Below are positions 26,701 through 42,200 of a stretch of DNA of 64,000 nucleotides, one piece after another. The first letter of the stretch is position 1. Each line of letters begins with the position of its first letter. The notes beneath the pieces were generated by a model. That model did no database searches. It was not told the DNA's origin and was given only the letters and a program-made list of their open reading frames with translations. This DNA is from Carcharhinus amblyrhynchos (taxonomy: Eukaryota), in contig OZ336876.1 of assembly GCA_965287045.1 (NCBI GenBank), positions 3,224,001-3,288,000 on the forward strand, written 5' to 3'. The translations under genes were made by a program, and so were the position numbers.

Positions 26701-29700
26701 TCTCGTCAAATAATTTAAAATTATATTTTCACGCACATTTGGTGGAAATAAACAACCAATTTTTGTTCTATACATGTGAATTTCATCAGATTTTTGGTGA
26801 GGTGTATCTAGGATAAATTGGATTATTCCTGAAGGAAAACAAAACTTTTTCACCGTTCCGACAGTCGTAAATTAAAAACATTCAGCACCTATAATTAGGG
26901 AACAAACAAAATTGACGCCTGGACGTTGATGCAATTAAGTCGTGCGTTGTCTATTATATGCAGCCGGTTCATGGAGTGTTGTTTAAATCATGGAATACAA
27001 TGGCGTATTTTAGTGATTCGGTGACGATTTTCTGTACAGCGATGAAAACGGAAAACTCACAACATTCTTGTTCATGTCTTCAACTAATCAGACGAGCTGT
27101 TAAGCCTGCCTACAATCTTCTGAATGGTGTTGGTCGGCAGGACAATTCTACAGAAACTAAAAAAAAGTATCATGATTATGATCGATGGTGCCTTTAAAAA
27201 AAACTAGTTTCCAAGTTGATATTCAATGGGGAGGGGGGTGGGGGGGAGTTTTGATTTGGATTTGTCTTTTTTTGAAATTCAATTTAAACTCACTGGCTTG
27301 AAAAAAAAAAGTCTATAACTAAAAACGTTGCTGACTGTAATAAAACCAATGACATTTTTGCAATAAAGCTCAGGATCTGCTTCGAAGTAGTCATGATCAG
27401 GAGATAATGTGTGTTTAATTGTAATCACAGATCGACCACTGAAGCCCACCCTCTCTTTGGATAGCAGACCTGACATTTTCCTAACAAGGGAAACTATAAC
27501 GCTGACTTGCCGAGCTCCGCATTTTTACACAGGAAGTAGGTTTTATTTGATGAGAGCTGATGATGCTAATGTCATTTCATCGGGGACTGCTCCAGATGGA
27601 GTATACAGTTTTACCTTCTCTATCCGGAACGTGGATGCGAGGACCAGTGGAAAATATACATGCCACTATCAAACAAGTAAATTTGGACAACTTACCAATT
27701 CAACAGATAGTGACTTTGTTCTTATATCTGTAACAGGTAAGGAAAAATGAGCCAGAGACTTTCTGTCTCAACCTCAATTTGTGTACCTCTGAGTCTGTGT
27801 GTGTGTGCTTTTGCATGGGTTATTTCTATAGGGAGTTAGAGCGTGGCACAGTTTGTGTGTAGTTAGTTAGAGCGAGGTAATGTGGGGTGGGGTGGTCAAG
27901 TCGGTAGATTGTTTCTGTTATTCGGATGAATAAAAGTGAGTATAGTGGTTAGTACTTGAAAATGCAATCGGCGAATGCAAACTTGATAGGGATACTGGGG
28001 GATCATTGTGGAGTCAAGAGGTAGAAGGGGTTGCCTTGCCTGTAAATGTATCGGTAGTTGGCTGTTAATTGAGTGGTGCGGGTGTTTGGTCAGCAGGCTC
28101 TTAAGAAAGTCCAGTGGTCCTGGGCATCGCGGAGCGGCATGGGCTATACTGGAGTTTTGAAGGGTTATGACAGTCTATTCCCCATGGGTGTTCCAATGGT
28201 TGAGCGATTTTAGAAGTTGGGAGGGGGAGAGGATTGGGTGGAGGGATGGGCGCGGGTGGGGGTGGGATAGGCCAATAGTCCAAGGAGGATTAAATGAGAT
28301 TCGAGTGGGAATGTGAGTCTTTGATTTGCTTATTTTTTGGAGAAAGATTAGTTCAACTATGTCGGTTTTCACTATGCTTTGGATGAATCAAAAGATCTGT
28401 TTGAAATGTGTAACATTCTATGGAGCTGGACAGGCTGGATGCGCGGATGATATTTGCCTTGTGGGGAATCCTCAGCTAGTGATCACAGTGTTTGGATACA
28501 GGTCGAGCAATTACGACTGAGATGAGGAATTACCTCTTCATTCAGACCATAGTGAACCCGTGGAACTCACTACCACAGAAGGCTATAGATTCGATGCCAC
28601 TAAACGTTTTTGCCGAATTGAGCGAGAATAGGACATTGACAGAGAACAAAACAATCGGCTATTGTCACATTGAAGGGTGAAGGGGGGTTCGATGAGCCAA
28701 ATGGCAACTTGCTGCATCAAGTTTTTTTTTTATGTTTCGCTGAATGCAAGTTCTGACTACATATATAATAGATAACTGAACGCCTAATAGCCACTTCACC
28801 ATGCCAGCAAAACAAAAATACATTGCCTGCCTAATATCGAGTTCTTCGCTGTGTTGCTGTGTGAATTATCATTTAATACGTATAATTAGGTGTTTTATAT
28901 CTTCCTACATGATCCTCTGCATTGGACTAAAGAAAGCTATCACACACAGTTTCGATGGAGAGTTTTATTTCCAGATTTGCATTTTGCCAAACGGATTAGT
29001 TCCCATGCATTTACGTGTGGATGAATAATGATATCAATAGACCAAACGAAACAAAATCATATCCATGGAGATTAAAGTACAGTGAGTAAAGCTGAAAGGG
29101 GAAATATGGAGCAGGAGGTAAAAATGTAGGTTCTAGTCTACAGCGACACAGTACAATCGATTATCGCTTTGACTATCCCTATTTTCAGATCAGATCCCAA
29201 TACGACTGGTCAATGGCAGAAGTACGTGTTCGGGAAGAGTGGAATTATATTACGATGCTACATGGGGAGCGGTCTGTGACCACAATTGGGACATTGTTGA
29301 TGCGAATGTTGTATGCAGGCAACTAGACTGTGGAGTAGCACAATCAGCTCCAGGGAGTGCACATTTTGGAGAAGCAACGGGTTCTTTTTTGCTGGATGAC
29401 GTTCAGTGTGATGGAAATGAGACCGCACTACTGCAGTGTCAAAGAAGCAAGCTGGGTGAAAACGACTGTGGCGCTAGCGAGGCAGCGTCTGTTATATGTT
29501 CAGGTAAAGCTAAGGTTTACAAGTAAACCTACTTCTAAGCTTTAACGTTTGAATTTCAAATTGGCAGGCATGTGGTAACACGCTGGGCATTAATCAATGT
29601 GACACTCTCCACCGAGCAACTTGATACTATTTGCACAATTCGTTCATAGCTATGCACAACAGCGTTTAAGGGTAAAAAAAAACTGAAATAAAAAACATAT

Positions 29701-32700
29701 ATTTTTCCGAGAAAATAAAACTGACGGCCATCATCTTTGGAAATAGAAGTAGAACTAACGTCTCATAGAAATAGAGAAACATTGAAGATAGAAGAAGGAG
29801 CAAACCGTTGTGTCCATCAAGGCTGTTCCGCCATTCATTTCAATAATGGCTGCTCAAAAAAATCAATTCCATGATCCCACTTTCCCACATATCCCTTGAT
29901 TCACTTAGCCGCAAGAGCTACATCTAATTTATTCTGGCATCTTTTTTTCTATCCTGAACTGTATTCTGTCGTAGTGAATTCTGCAGCTTCACCACCTTCT
30001 GGGTGAATAACCTACGACTCACCACGGCCCTAAAATGAACGCCCCCCCCCCGCCCCACTCCATCTCCTAACCCTAAAACTATGACCTCTAGTTATGGATT
30101 CTCCCACCATCGGGAAAATACTTTCTCAACCTATTGTGTCTAACATGTTCGTAGTTCAGGTGTTTCAATGACTTCTCATTCTTCTACGATGCAATGAATA
30201 CAGCCATAATTGGCCAAGCCAATCCGCATTTGGTAGAGCTGCCACCTCAGGAATGAGCCTGATTAACTTTTGTTGTACTGTCTCTCTAGAAATGATTGAT
30301 TGGTTGATTGCTTGTTTGATTTAGTTTTGTCACATCTATTGGTATACAGTGAAGAGTATTGTTTCTTGCACAATATGCAGACAATGCATACCTTACACAG
30401 GGAAGGAAATAAAACAGTGCAGAATGTAATACTACAATCATAGCTAGGGGGTAGAGAAAGATCAACTTGAATTCAAAAGTCTGAGAACAGCCGATAAGGG
30501 TCCGTTCTTGCATTGATTGGCATATGTCCTCAGAATTTGATAAATTTATTGACTTATTTATTTTTTTCTCCGACGGGTTGCGTCGGGTCCTTGATAATGC
30601 TGACTGTTTTTGTTTCGAGACATCGGGAAGTTTAGACATAATCATTTGAAAGGAGGCTGGTTTGCGTGTTAGCTAGAGTTTCACTCGGCGCATACTTCCT
30701 CATAGTAGGACACCAAATCTGTGCACAATATTCCAGTTGTGACCCCACCAATGCCATCTAAATTGCAGTGAAATATCACTATTCCTATAGTTAAATCCTC
30801 TTGCTATGAAGGTCAACATACCATTTGCCCTTTTTTAATACCTCTTGTGCCTGCACACATACATTCAGCGACACACGCATGAAACAGCAAGGTCTCGCAG
30901 GCGGTCCACGTCTGTCTCGATTTAGAGCATTTAAATAACAATCTACCTCCCTATATTTGCTACTGAACTGGATAACCTCACACTTACCCACATTAAACTG
31001 CATCTGTTACGCACACATCCACTCACGCATCCTACTCAAGTCACCATGAAAATTTCTGTGTATCCTCCTCAAAGCTCACTCTCTGACACAAATTTACATA
31101 ATCGGAAATTTTGAAATAATGCATTTACTTCCCTCTTCCAAATCATTAATATATAATGTGAACCAATGGGACCCTAGCACAGAATTTGGAGATACGCCAA
31201 TTACAGCTAACGGGGCGGGGGGTGGGGGGGGCACTAATGCCACAAGACTGTTCTTTATGGCTGATGTGAATATTTATTTGCATCTTAAAGATTTATTGAT
31301 ACATATTAATGCAACTATAGTTAAATACCATTCTTGTAAGGCACACTTTAGGAAAAAAAAACAAATTATGATTTCATGAATTAATGCTTTAGAAAAGTTG
31401 CCTGTAATTGTGGAGCCCAGCCTAACATAAATGCCACACAATTTCCACCACAATTCCTGATTCATCACGGCTTCCTCCTGTGCGACACGGTATGATAAAT
31501 GCCCAACATCGTTAAATTCGATTAACGACATTTGATAGAGAAAAAAAAAAGTTGAAGGCGTTGAATATCGCAAAGCATATGTCAGCTGGCAATATTCAGG
31601 CAGTAGTCTGGAGGATTTATGCTCCATAAATGGCTGCAACTAGAATGAGCTAGCTAATTGCTTTCAATCAACAAGGTAACACACTTCTGAATGGGAAGAG
31701 TGACATGCGGCTGGAAGATGAATGGACGTGAGAATTCTAATCGCCATGGGGTCCATTGGCTCCAAAATCAAATACATCAGTGGCACAATTGTATTTTGTC
31801 TCCATCACAAAACATGTGATTACACAATCCCAGCCCTTTATAAGAAACTGCAATAGTCAGGACAACTGGCAATGTCAAAATTATTATCCAGCACGTCATC
31901 GATCCTGTGCTGTGAACCAGCCACTTCAACATCATTTGCCAACTGTATTTCATGACAGAAATAACCAAATGTTCTCCACAGTTTTAGGAATACCTGGGGA
32001 GGTCAAAACACAATCCAAATTTGGTGTCCATTCAAACGATTAATAAAACTTCCTATTGAATAATTCTGGAAAAAAGACCATGTGTAATCGAAACGTTAAC
32101 TAGAGGTCTTCTTTTCAGAGTCTGTCAGACTTATTGAGTTTACCCAGCCATGTCTATATTTCAGAAATCTACGTGGGCAGTAGATTACTTTTATTACAGC
32201 GCATGACGCTCTATTCTAATGTTTTTTTTCAAGTCCTTTGAATCAACCTCATACGCAGCTCTTTGACAACTACTTCAACAACAACGTCCGTGCAAATTTA
32301 CTCATCGTTTGCAATTATATTTCCACCAGATCAATTTCAAGTCAGACTAGCAAACGGAGAAAATCTATGCAGTGGAAGAGTGGAAATCTATTACAATGGT
32401 ATCTGGGGAACGGTGTGTGATGACGGCTGGGATGTTTCAGATGCGGAAGTTGTCTGCACACAGCTGCACTGTGGCTTTGCTCAATCCGCGCCTGGAAACG
32501 CCAGATTTGGAGAAGGAACCGCATCAGTTTTTCTGGATTCTGTTCAATGCAACGGGTCGGAGACCAACCTGTGGCAGTGCCAGTCACAATCCTTAGGCCA
32601 AAGTAGCTGTAGTCACAATGAGGATGCATCAGTAATCTGTTCAGGTAGAACACCTTGTGTTCTTGTAGAGAAAAAAAGATAATTGTACAACATAGGGGAA

Positions 32701-35700
32701 ACCTGTATGATTGTTCTAAGAGGGAAGAGTGGGAAAATATGAACTAACGAAATAAAACTTAAACAGAACGTGGGGACATAAATTTGTTAAACATCGATGC
32801 GAGCACCTATTGATTTGATTTGATTTGGTTTTACTTATTTTTGTCACATGTGTGTGTATACAATGACAATTATTGTTTCTTGTCCGCTGTGTAGCAAAAA
32901 AAAACACACACCGTACACAGAGAGGGAAAGAAGAGGGTGCAGAATATAGTTTGACAGTCATGTGTAACTTTTAACAAATTAACATGAAGTGTATCCATTT
33001 ACAAGAGTGATGGCAGCAGGGAAAAATGCTGTTCTTGAATCAATTGGTGTGTGAACACAAATTTTGTATCATTTTAAGGACGGAATATGGTGGAAGAGAC
33101 ACGTGTGGCCTTTGATTGTGTTGGCTGTTTTTCCAAGGCAGCGGGAAGTGTACATCGAGTCCTTGGATGGGAGGCTTCTTTTCTTTAAGGACTGGGCTTC
33201 GTTCATGAGCTGTTTTAGTTTATTGTGGCCTTGGGCAGAGCAGGAGACATACCAAACTGTGATGCAATCGAAAAGAGCGTGATTTTTTTTGGTGCATCTA
33301 CAAAATTTGATGAGAGTCGTGGATTACTTTTCAAGTTTCCATAGCCTCCTGAAAAAGTAAAGACATTGATGGGATTTCCTGGCCATCTTCCGCAGTAACT
33401 GTATATTTTATGTTTGATTTTAGTAATGCAATTCTGCTTATTAAAGGTGAATTTATCTGAGTTCTGGCGACGGAAGCATGCGGGTGTTGGGGGAAAACAA
33501 AGATGTCCGGTGTGCAAAAAAATGTTTAATCGATTTCTTAGAGTGGGAAGTTGAATTCCTTAGTTTCCACCAGGAGAGCAGACGGGAACCTAGGTTATTG
33601 CATACTAGCAATACATCTCTGATGGACATATAAGTTACGACATGATGTCCAAATAGTAAATGACATATGTGATTACTTGCTTTACAATTTGCCGACCTTC
33701 AAATATATTGGCAAAAGTTCAAAGTGTATTCGTAGACCGGATAAACCGTTGAGCCAATCGATACAATTATGGCTGATCCTTTTCCTGGCAAATGCAGAGA
33801 CTGAATATTAAAGTTATTTCTATTGTTCCCTCTGATATGGCATTCCAGAAATAATGACATAATATCTGTATATATGCAGATAATTAGTTATTATGCAGAA
33901 AATAAGTTCTATGGAACAGTGAGGACAGAATGTTCAACCAGTAGGTTGATGGGCATTGCTGCTCTCGCTCTACTGGTTAGCCAGTTTGGAGAGCAGATTT
34001 TTTTTTCAAATTTTACACATTGCTTCTCCCAGTTGAACTGGAATTCAAAGTTAAGTTTTTAACTGCAGGGATAGAAATCAGTTTTGACCAAAGATGGGTC
34101 AATTATTTGCGAGCGACATGCATTACTGTTTTAGCTCCTCTGTGCGATGATTCATGATTCCCAAATAACGTGGACATTTGTTTCCCTTCCCCTGGTTTGC
34201 AGATCGACCAATAAATCCCGTACTATTTTATGAAAGAAGATCCGGCGTTTTCATAGCAGGAGATGCAATTCAAATTAATTGCACTACTTTGAGTTTTTAC
34301 AAAGGGAGTACGTTTTATTTGGTGAAATCTGGTGACGTTCATCCGATTGCTTCAGGAACTGCTCAGGCTGGAGCACACAGCATTGTCTTCACTGTCCAAA
34401 ATGCAGATGTGAGCAAGAGTGGAAACTACACTTGCTTCTATCAAACAAGTAAATCAGGAAGATATGCAAACTCAACCAGTAGCGACCCAGTACAAGTTTA
34501 CGTAACAGGTGAGTGAACATAAGAATATAAGAAATAGGAGCAGGAGTAGGCCAACTAGCCCTTCGAGCCTGCCCCGCCATTCAACAAGATCATGGCTGAT
34601 CTGTCGTGGCTCAGTTCCACATTCCCGCCCTCTCCCCATAACCCTTAATCCCCTCTCTCATCAAAAACCCATCAACCCGCGTCTTAAAAATATTTAGCGA
34701 GGCAGCCTCCACCACTTCAACGGGCAGAGAATTCCAGAGATTCACCACCCTTTGAGTGAAGAAGTTTCTCCTCAACTCTGTTCTAAACCGCCACGCCCCC
34801 CCCGCCTTTATCTTGAGGCTATGCCCCCTAGTCCTACTATCCTTTCTGAGCGGGAAGAGTCTCTCCACCTCTATCCTATCCATCCCATTCATCATCTTAT
34901 ACGTCTCAGTGAGATCTCCCCTCATTCTTCTAAACTCTAACGAGTACAAGCCTAATCTATTCAGCCTCTCCTCATAGCTCAACCCCCTCAACTCCGGCAT
35001 CAGCCTAGTAAACCTCCTCTGCACTCCCTCCAAGACTAAAATATCCTTGCGTAAGTACGGCGCCCAAAACTGCACACAGTACTCCAGTTGCGGCCTCACC
35101 AGTGCCCTATACAGCCGCAGCAAGACCTCCCTACTTTTATATTCAATCCCCCTCGCGACGAAGGCCAGCATCCCATTCGCCTTCCTGACCACCTGCTGCA
35201 CCTGCAAGCTGGGTTTTTGCGACGGTCCAGAAAAGAGAGATCTTGTCTCTCTTTGTCTTACTCACACTGTCTCTCTCACAACGTCGTCCTCTCTTTCCAC
35301 TATCAGCTGTACGTATTTTGCCCTCCCTTATCTCTTCCACTTCCCCTCTCTTTCTTCCTTCATCTGCCTTTCACTCTATCACCACCTCGTTCTATTTGTC
35401 TTTATACGTGCTGTTCTATCTAGCATAATTTGTAGCAGTTTCACCTGAGTGTTACGGAAACCCTCTACCGACGCCTGAACACGCGTCATCTTCCATTTTG
35501 CAGAGCCTAAATTAAGGTAATTTGCGCCGAGCACATGCAAGTATCCAGGTGTACAATCGTCTTAAACGTTGATTAAATATAAATTACAACATAACAACTG
35601 CCAATTCATCAATAATTCAAACCAATCGTTCCGTTAGTTTGTTTTTGAAGCACAGTACTTAAAACGATCAATATATTTATCAATGACTAAAGAAAAGTTA

Positions 35701-38700
35701 CTTCATCCTTTTCCATCAACAACAGGCTTTAGATTCCATTGACCTGTGTAAGCCATAACAGGCTTAATTCAAGCACTAGATCTATAGCCATAGAGTGCCA
35801 CATCAGTTAAACCAAGATTTTGAATGGTTAAACAGTCTCTTCAGCTTGTCGATAAAATTCCAAGTAGGGTAACGTTACGTTTGCTCACTGCCAAATGCTA
35901 ACAAAAATAATACTATTTATCCACAATGATATATACACACAATGTCCAAACCAGCTTTTGTTGTTAATATGTACCATTTGTATTAATTAGCATGCTAGCA
36001 AACTTGCTCCTTATGTTAAACGCTGTCATGTCGTAGCCCAACTCGACCTGCCACGTCAGGTGGACATAAATGTAATTTGAACTCATACAGAATATAAGTG
36101 GAAGGGCGTCCATGGTCCTAGCAAGAATCCCCATCAATAAATAGCACGCAGCAGCGTTTGTTTCTGTTTAATTCCTACTGGATAATGTTATGGAATTGTT
36201 TGGATGTGTTTAAGACGGAAAATGGGAAAAATAGATCACATGGCTAAATTGTCATGGTTTCAAGTAGATATGCTGTCTCACACATCATAACATGTTGACA
36301 GAAAGCTGGCAGTTGAGCACGAAAGTAATACATAACATGTTGGCATCGCCGTTTTGCATACAAAATATGCAGTATGATATACCATGCACATATTAAAATG
36401 TCGTGTTTTAATTTGATTTTCAGATGGAGAATATTACTGGCTATATTGCATGGATTCAGAGTAATGTTCACAGAACAGTGTTCTTTGCAATTGAATTCAT
36501 TGCAACTTGTCCTGACAATGAGTGTAAACGTAAAATGAAATGTATACTTAGCTCGCGGAAAATCGATAAATAGCAATGTTTTTTGGAGATATTGTAAAAT
36601 CATTAAAAAATACAATAAAATTAAGCACAACTTATTTATATTCTGATGCTTTTATTTTGTTTCCCAGACGAACAACATTCGACTGATTACACTGATTCAC
36701 AGTATTTATTGTTCCCTCTGTTAGATACAATCCCGATGCGACTGATGAATGGTGGAAGTATTTGTGCGGGCAGAGTGGAACTACAATATGAAAACGTCTG
36801 GGGTGCAATATGTGACCATAGCTTTGATATGCTTGACGCGTCCGTTGTATGTAGGCAATTAGGATGTGGACCGGCCGAATTGGTTCCACGAGGTACTCCA
36901 TTTGGAGAAGCTACAGGATCCTTTTGGTTGGATGACGTTGAATGCAAAGGGAATGAGTCGAATGTCTTCCAGTGTCAAACGAATTTATTGGGAGAGCACA
37001 ACTGCAGTCCTGGAGAAGCAGCCTCAGTTATTTGTTCAGGTAGGGCTCGATACAGTTTGGCAATGTCGCTAATGAATCATTGCTGACTTACACTATCAAA
37101 ATCATGTAATCCATGTCTCTGATGAATATGCAATTATGCATTTGATACCAGTAGAAGGTTTAAGTTCAACAAGGCAATTTCAAATATTGTGTTTGCTTAA
37201 GTAAACATTGGCGTTCATAATCGCTGAGCATTTGCAAACATGTTTGTTCCTACATTCGCTGATCTGTCTTGGATTGAATCAGCAACATGCTTTCAAATTC
37301 CCTTTCTACGCTACCTCTTTTCTTATTGAAGACAACTACTAAAACCAACTTTTTGAACAAGATTTTAGTCAGTTCAGCAGTATGCCCTGATGACATGTAC
37401 GTGTTTTAATGCAAATATTCTTTGGAAATTTCACCATGTGAAAGGCGCAATATTAACTGCCACATTTGTTGTATTTGAAAACAAATAATCCGATTGATGT
37501 AAAACATTTACCAATATTACTTATAATTAAATAATATTGTTACTTACTGTTAAGTACTTCCGTTAGCAAGTGTGAGGTTATCCACTTTGCAAGAGTAATA
37601 GTAGGGGGGACTACTGTTTAAAGGGCGAAAAGCTGCAGCATGCTACGGTACAGAGGGACCTAGGGGTCCTTGTGCATGAGTCGCAAAAACCCAGCCTGCA
37701 GGTGCAGCAGGTGATCAGGAAGGCAAATGGGATGCTGCCTTTATAGCGAGGGGGATTGAATATAAAAGCAGAGAGGTCTTGCTGTAACTGTACAGGGCAC
37801 TGGTGAGGCCGCGGCTGGAGTACTGCGTGCAGTTTTGGTCGCCGCACTTGCGCAAGGATATTTTGGCCTTGGAGGGAGTGTAGAGGAGGTTCACTAGGCT
37901 GATACCGGAGATGAGGGGGTTGAACTATGAAGAGAGGCTGAATAGACTGGGTTTGTACTCGTTGGAATTTAGAAGGACGAGGGGGGATCTTATGGAGACG
38001 TATAAGATAATGAAGGGGATGGATAGGGTAGAGGTAGAGAGATTCTTCCCGCTCAGAAAGGACAGCAGGACTAGAGGGCACAGCCTCAAGACAAGGGGGG
38101 TGGGGGGGGGGGTGCAGTTTAGAACTGAGTTGAGGAGGAACGTCTTCACTCAAAGGGTGGTGAATCTCAGGAAATCTCTGCCCGTTGGTGTGGTAGAGGC
38201 TACCTCGCTAAATATGTTTAAGACACGGGTGGATATGTTTTTGGTAGGCAAGGGAATTACGGGTTATGGGGAGAAAGCGGGAAAGTGGATCTGAGCCACT
38301 TCAGATCAGCCATGATCTTATTGAATGGCGGGGCAGGCTCGAAGGGCTAGATGGCCTACTCCTGCTTCTATTTCTTATGTTCTTATGTTCTTAAGAATAC
38401 GTAGACAAATGGTTGAACACAAAAAAAGAGCTATTGCCTCAAACTTTGCATGTTGATATGTATGTTTCAGCCTTGCCACGCCAACATTAACCCATCGAGC
38501 CCTATCGGCATGATTTTGCACTACGTTCTGTCTCATGTCCTTTTCTGCCTATTGTTGGACTGCCTTTCCGGGATGCATTGAAAATCCAGTTAATTGCAAC
38601 TTCAATGGTCCATCTGTAGCACTTGCGAGTAAACTGGTCTCGGTTTATTTGCTAAGTTGATTAATGAGTATCTTATAATGGTAACAGCGAAAATGTGCGA

Positions 38701-39189
38701 ATGGGAAATGATGAACATAAACGATTCTCAGGTTAAGAACGAAGATAAGTACTTGTCAAAGAGTAAAGAAAAATCTGGCATTTTGGTCTGGAATACTACC
38801 TAAATCTGCAGAATCATACATGGAACAAATTCAGAACACTGTCAGCAGTCTGAGAAGTCGATAATAGGAAGGGTAAAATATAAGAAAAAATACTGCGTGG
38901 ACACAGATTTAAAAAAAACACACACACAGAGAGGGTGGTGCCACTCTGGAAAGTGTTTCCATGTGTATAATGGAGGCGGGTTGCTTCATGTCCTTTATAG
39001 TGCATTTGGATGAGCACTCGTCGCGTTAAAACTTCCTATTTTTGCCAGCGTGCTGATAAATGCGATCAGATATATGTTACTTAATGTCGACGCAGAAACG
39101 ATCGCCCAAAGAGCCACATCTCCACTGTTGTTATTGTTTTTGTTTAGCAATTATAATTGGATTTGTGGAGGTGTTGCGTCTTGAACATA

Positions 39190-39221
<32 letters not shown>

Positions 39222-42200
39222 TCTGTCGGGTGATATGTCAAAGCAAAGACATCCTTTAAAATAGAACCAATGGACATTATCAAACTTTCAGAGAACAATC
39301 ATGTTAAAGCCAAAACACGAGAAAGGAATTTCAACAATTCATTAGAGTTGCTAAAGCAAGACGTGAACGTTCACTGACCCACTACTGAATCCGCAATATG
39401 TTCACTACTACAATATCTATGATAATAATGACTGCCTACACTTACCAACGGCAATTGACAGTTCACATTGGGTAATGCATTCTGCCCTCGATCCAGTATT
39501 TGTCCACTATAATGAAGTGAAATGTTCGGAATCTATCATAGCAACGTGAATAATGCCGAATCAAGAGTGGAAGAGAGGAAAAAGACACAATGATGGACCG
39601 AAAATTAAACGGTAAAAACGCATAATTTGCAGAAAATCACGGTAGTTAGTGTTTTCCCATCCGAAGTGCAGCCAATATGAGCTCGCACTGAGATGCCGAA
39701 TAGCTCAACCCGTGTGGGTAATGGAGGCATCAGTTCCCAAGAGGTTTGCCGCATAACATGGAAGCACAGTTAACGTTTCGAATCCATGTGATACTTCTAC
39801 CGTTTTGGAGACAGACCATACACGAACCGTGATTCTCTCTCTACAGATGCTGCAAACCTACTGATTTTCTCCAGCAATTTTATTTTATTTCACATCTCCA
39901 ATAGCAACGCTACTTCGCTTTTGTTTATTTTCAATAAATTCAGTTTTGAGTCATGCTTTTAGAGGCGGTGAGAGTAGCGGTGTTAGGAAGTGGACAACTA
40001 CTGCTGTAATATGCATTTTTATTCATTTCGGACTGATGCAATAACCGAATATTATAAATCTGCGAGCCCAGAACATTATTTACAGACATTTCCTTTCATA
40101 GTGATGTATTGCATGCATGATGTGATCAGTACAGGGCAGAGTAACTGGAGGTGCACACGGTCAATTTATCTGTCTTAAAATTGTTGATTGAATATCTTGT
40201 AGAAATGGCTGGCACTGTACAATTCGGTGCCGTATTGTCGAGAATGTCATGCCCTGGTGATGATCCTTCAGTGGAATTGGAGAAAGGGGACGAATGCTTT
40301 AAGGGGAATATATTATTTTTCAAAACGCAGTAACTTGATTTGTGTATTTTCATAATAGAAAAGAAATGTGATTACGATTCATTTGGCCACTGTTCTTTGC
40401 ATTAGAATTTAACAACAAAGAATATCCTAATCAGGTCTTGCAGCATAAGTTGAAATAGAAGCATCTTTCAGTTTCATCCCGTGGCCTATCAAAGACAAAA
40501 AGAGTTCCAGCTAACCATCTGGAAATTTCCCTGTTTCCAAAGAGAAGTTCGGTCTACAATGCATTCCGAACATCACTTTTTCTTACGTTCCTTTTTCAAA
40601 TTATACTTAAAGTGTCCAGTATCCATTTGCATGAACTGCTCGTAATACTGTGGTGTTTTCTTATTTGTTGATGATTAAACTGTTCAGTTGGCATGGGTTT
40701 GACTGTTAGTGGAGTTGTATTATCCTTTTAAACAGCCTGGAGTATATAGCACTGTCTTCAGGAGGTCCTGTGCTGCAGTGAGCACTGTCCCTGCCTCAGC
40801 TCCGGAAGTTCTTTGTCCAAGTCCTCCTTCCCGTATAAATAATTGCAGGAGTTGGAGCATCACTAATATCCAAATCAGTCACTTACAATTCATACTTTAA
40901 CACAGAAATATTTGTATAAATAACCCGGTTAGTACAAAATCAATATTTTAAGATTGTCAAAAGCACAAGTGCTAATGAGATGGGTGTATGTAAGTGCAAT
41001 CCGCGTGGAAGAGGAACCATTGGTTGCGCACAATTTTGTGTAAATAAAACATCATATATGCAATCCACCAAAGAGAATGAAAGTAAACATTGGAAGATGA
41101 GTTCTGAACAGTTATGGAATGCACAGTGGCAGAGTGATTATCACTGCTACCTCACAGCACCAAGGACCTGTGTTCGAATCCCGGCTTGGGTCACTGTCTA
41201 TAAGGAGTTTGCACATTTTCCCGTTTTTGGTTGGTTTCCTCCGGGTGCTTCAGTTCCTTTCACATTCTAAAGGTGTGTCTCTGTTAGGTGGATTGCTAAA
41301 TTGCCCCTTAGTTTCAGGGGGACTAGGTAGGTTAAACGCATGACATCATGGAAATAGAGTCTGTGTGGGATTGTGGTTAGTGCATATGCGATGGGCCGAA
41401 TAGCTTCCTTCTGCATGCCGGGATTCTAGACTCTAAAAGAGGGCAATACTATATCAGCCTTTGGCAAACGTACTGTTGCCCGCATTAAATGCACAGTAAT
41501 CTTGCGGAAATAATAATTTTGCACAGTGATCATGACCTTGAGTTATCTTACTTTAGCACACGCAGTACATAAATATCGTTGAAGTTTAATGATTTGCCGA
41601 ACTAATCTAATCAAATGTAGCATTAACCATTCACACCAAATGCCAAAAATTCCATCAACTGTTTCAACTTTTCTGGGCAACCAAACAACTAATATTGCGT
41701 CTATATTTTGTTTACAACTAGATAATTTTCAGACAAGACTCGTGAATGGGGAAAACTCTTGTTCCGGAAGAGTGGAGATCTATCACAGCCATATGTGGGG
41801 AACAGTTTGTGATGATGACTGGGACTTAATGGATGGTGAAGTGGCCTGCACGCAAGCACAATGTGGATTTGTTGAATCTGCACCTAGAAACGCGAAGTAT
41901 GGCAAAGGCAAATCGTCTATTTGGCTGAGTTCCGTTCAATGCAATGGTTCAGAGGCCTACTTATGGCAGTGCCAATACAAACCTCTTGGACAGCACAACT
42001 GCAGTCATGAATACGATGCCTCGGTGATTTGTTCTGGTACGTTAAGTAGTGTTTTAATTAGGAACTGAGCTGATGCACTCATTAAAAATAGGAAAATTGC
42101 AAAAGTAAGGAAGGGAGTAAGGNNNNNNNNNNNNNNNNNNNNNNNNNNNNNNNNNNNNNNNNNNNNNNNNNNNNNNNNNNNNNNNNNNNNNNNNNNNNNN

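Noticed and set aside
25060-28400. Possible inverted pair of old retroelement fragments (about 25060-25500 and 27800-28400) around B4-Ig4
   Set aside because: Similarity by eye is too patchy to claim without an alignment
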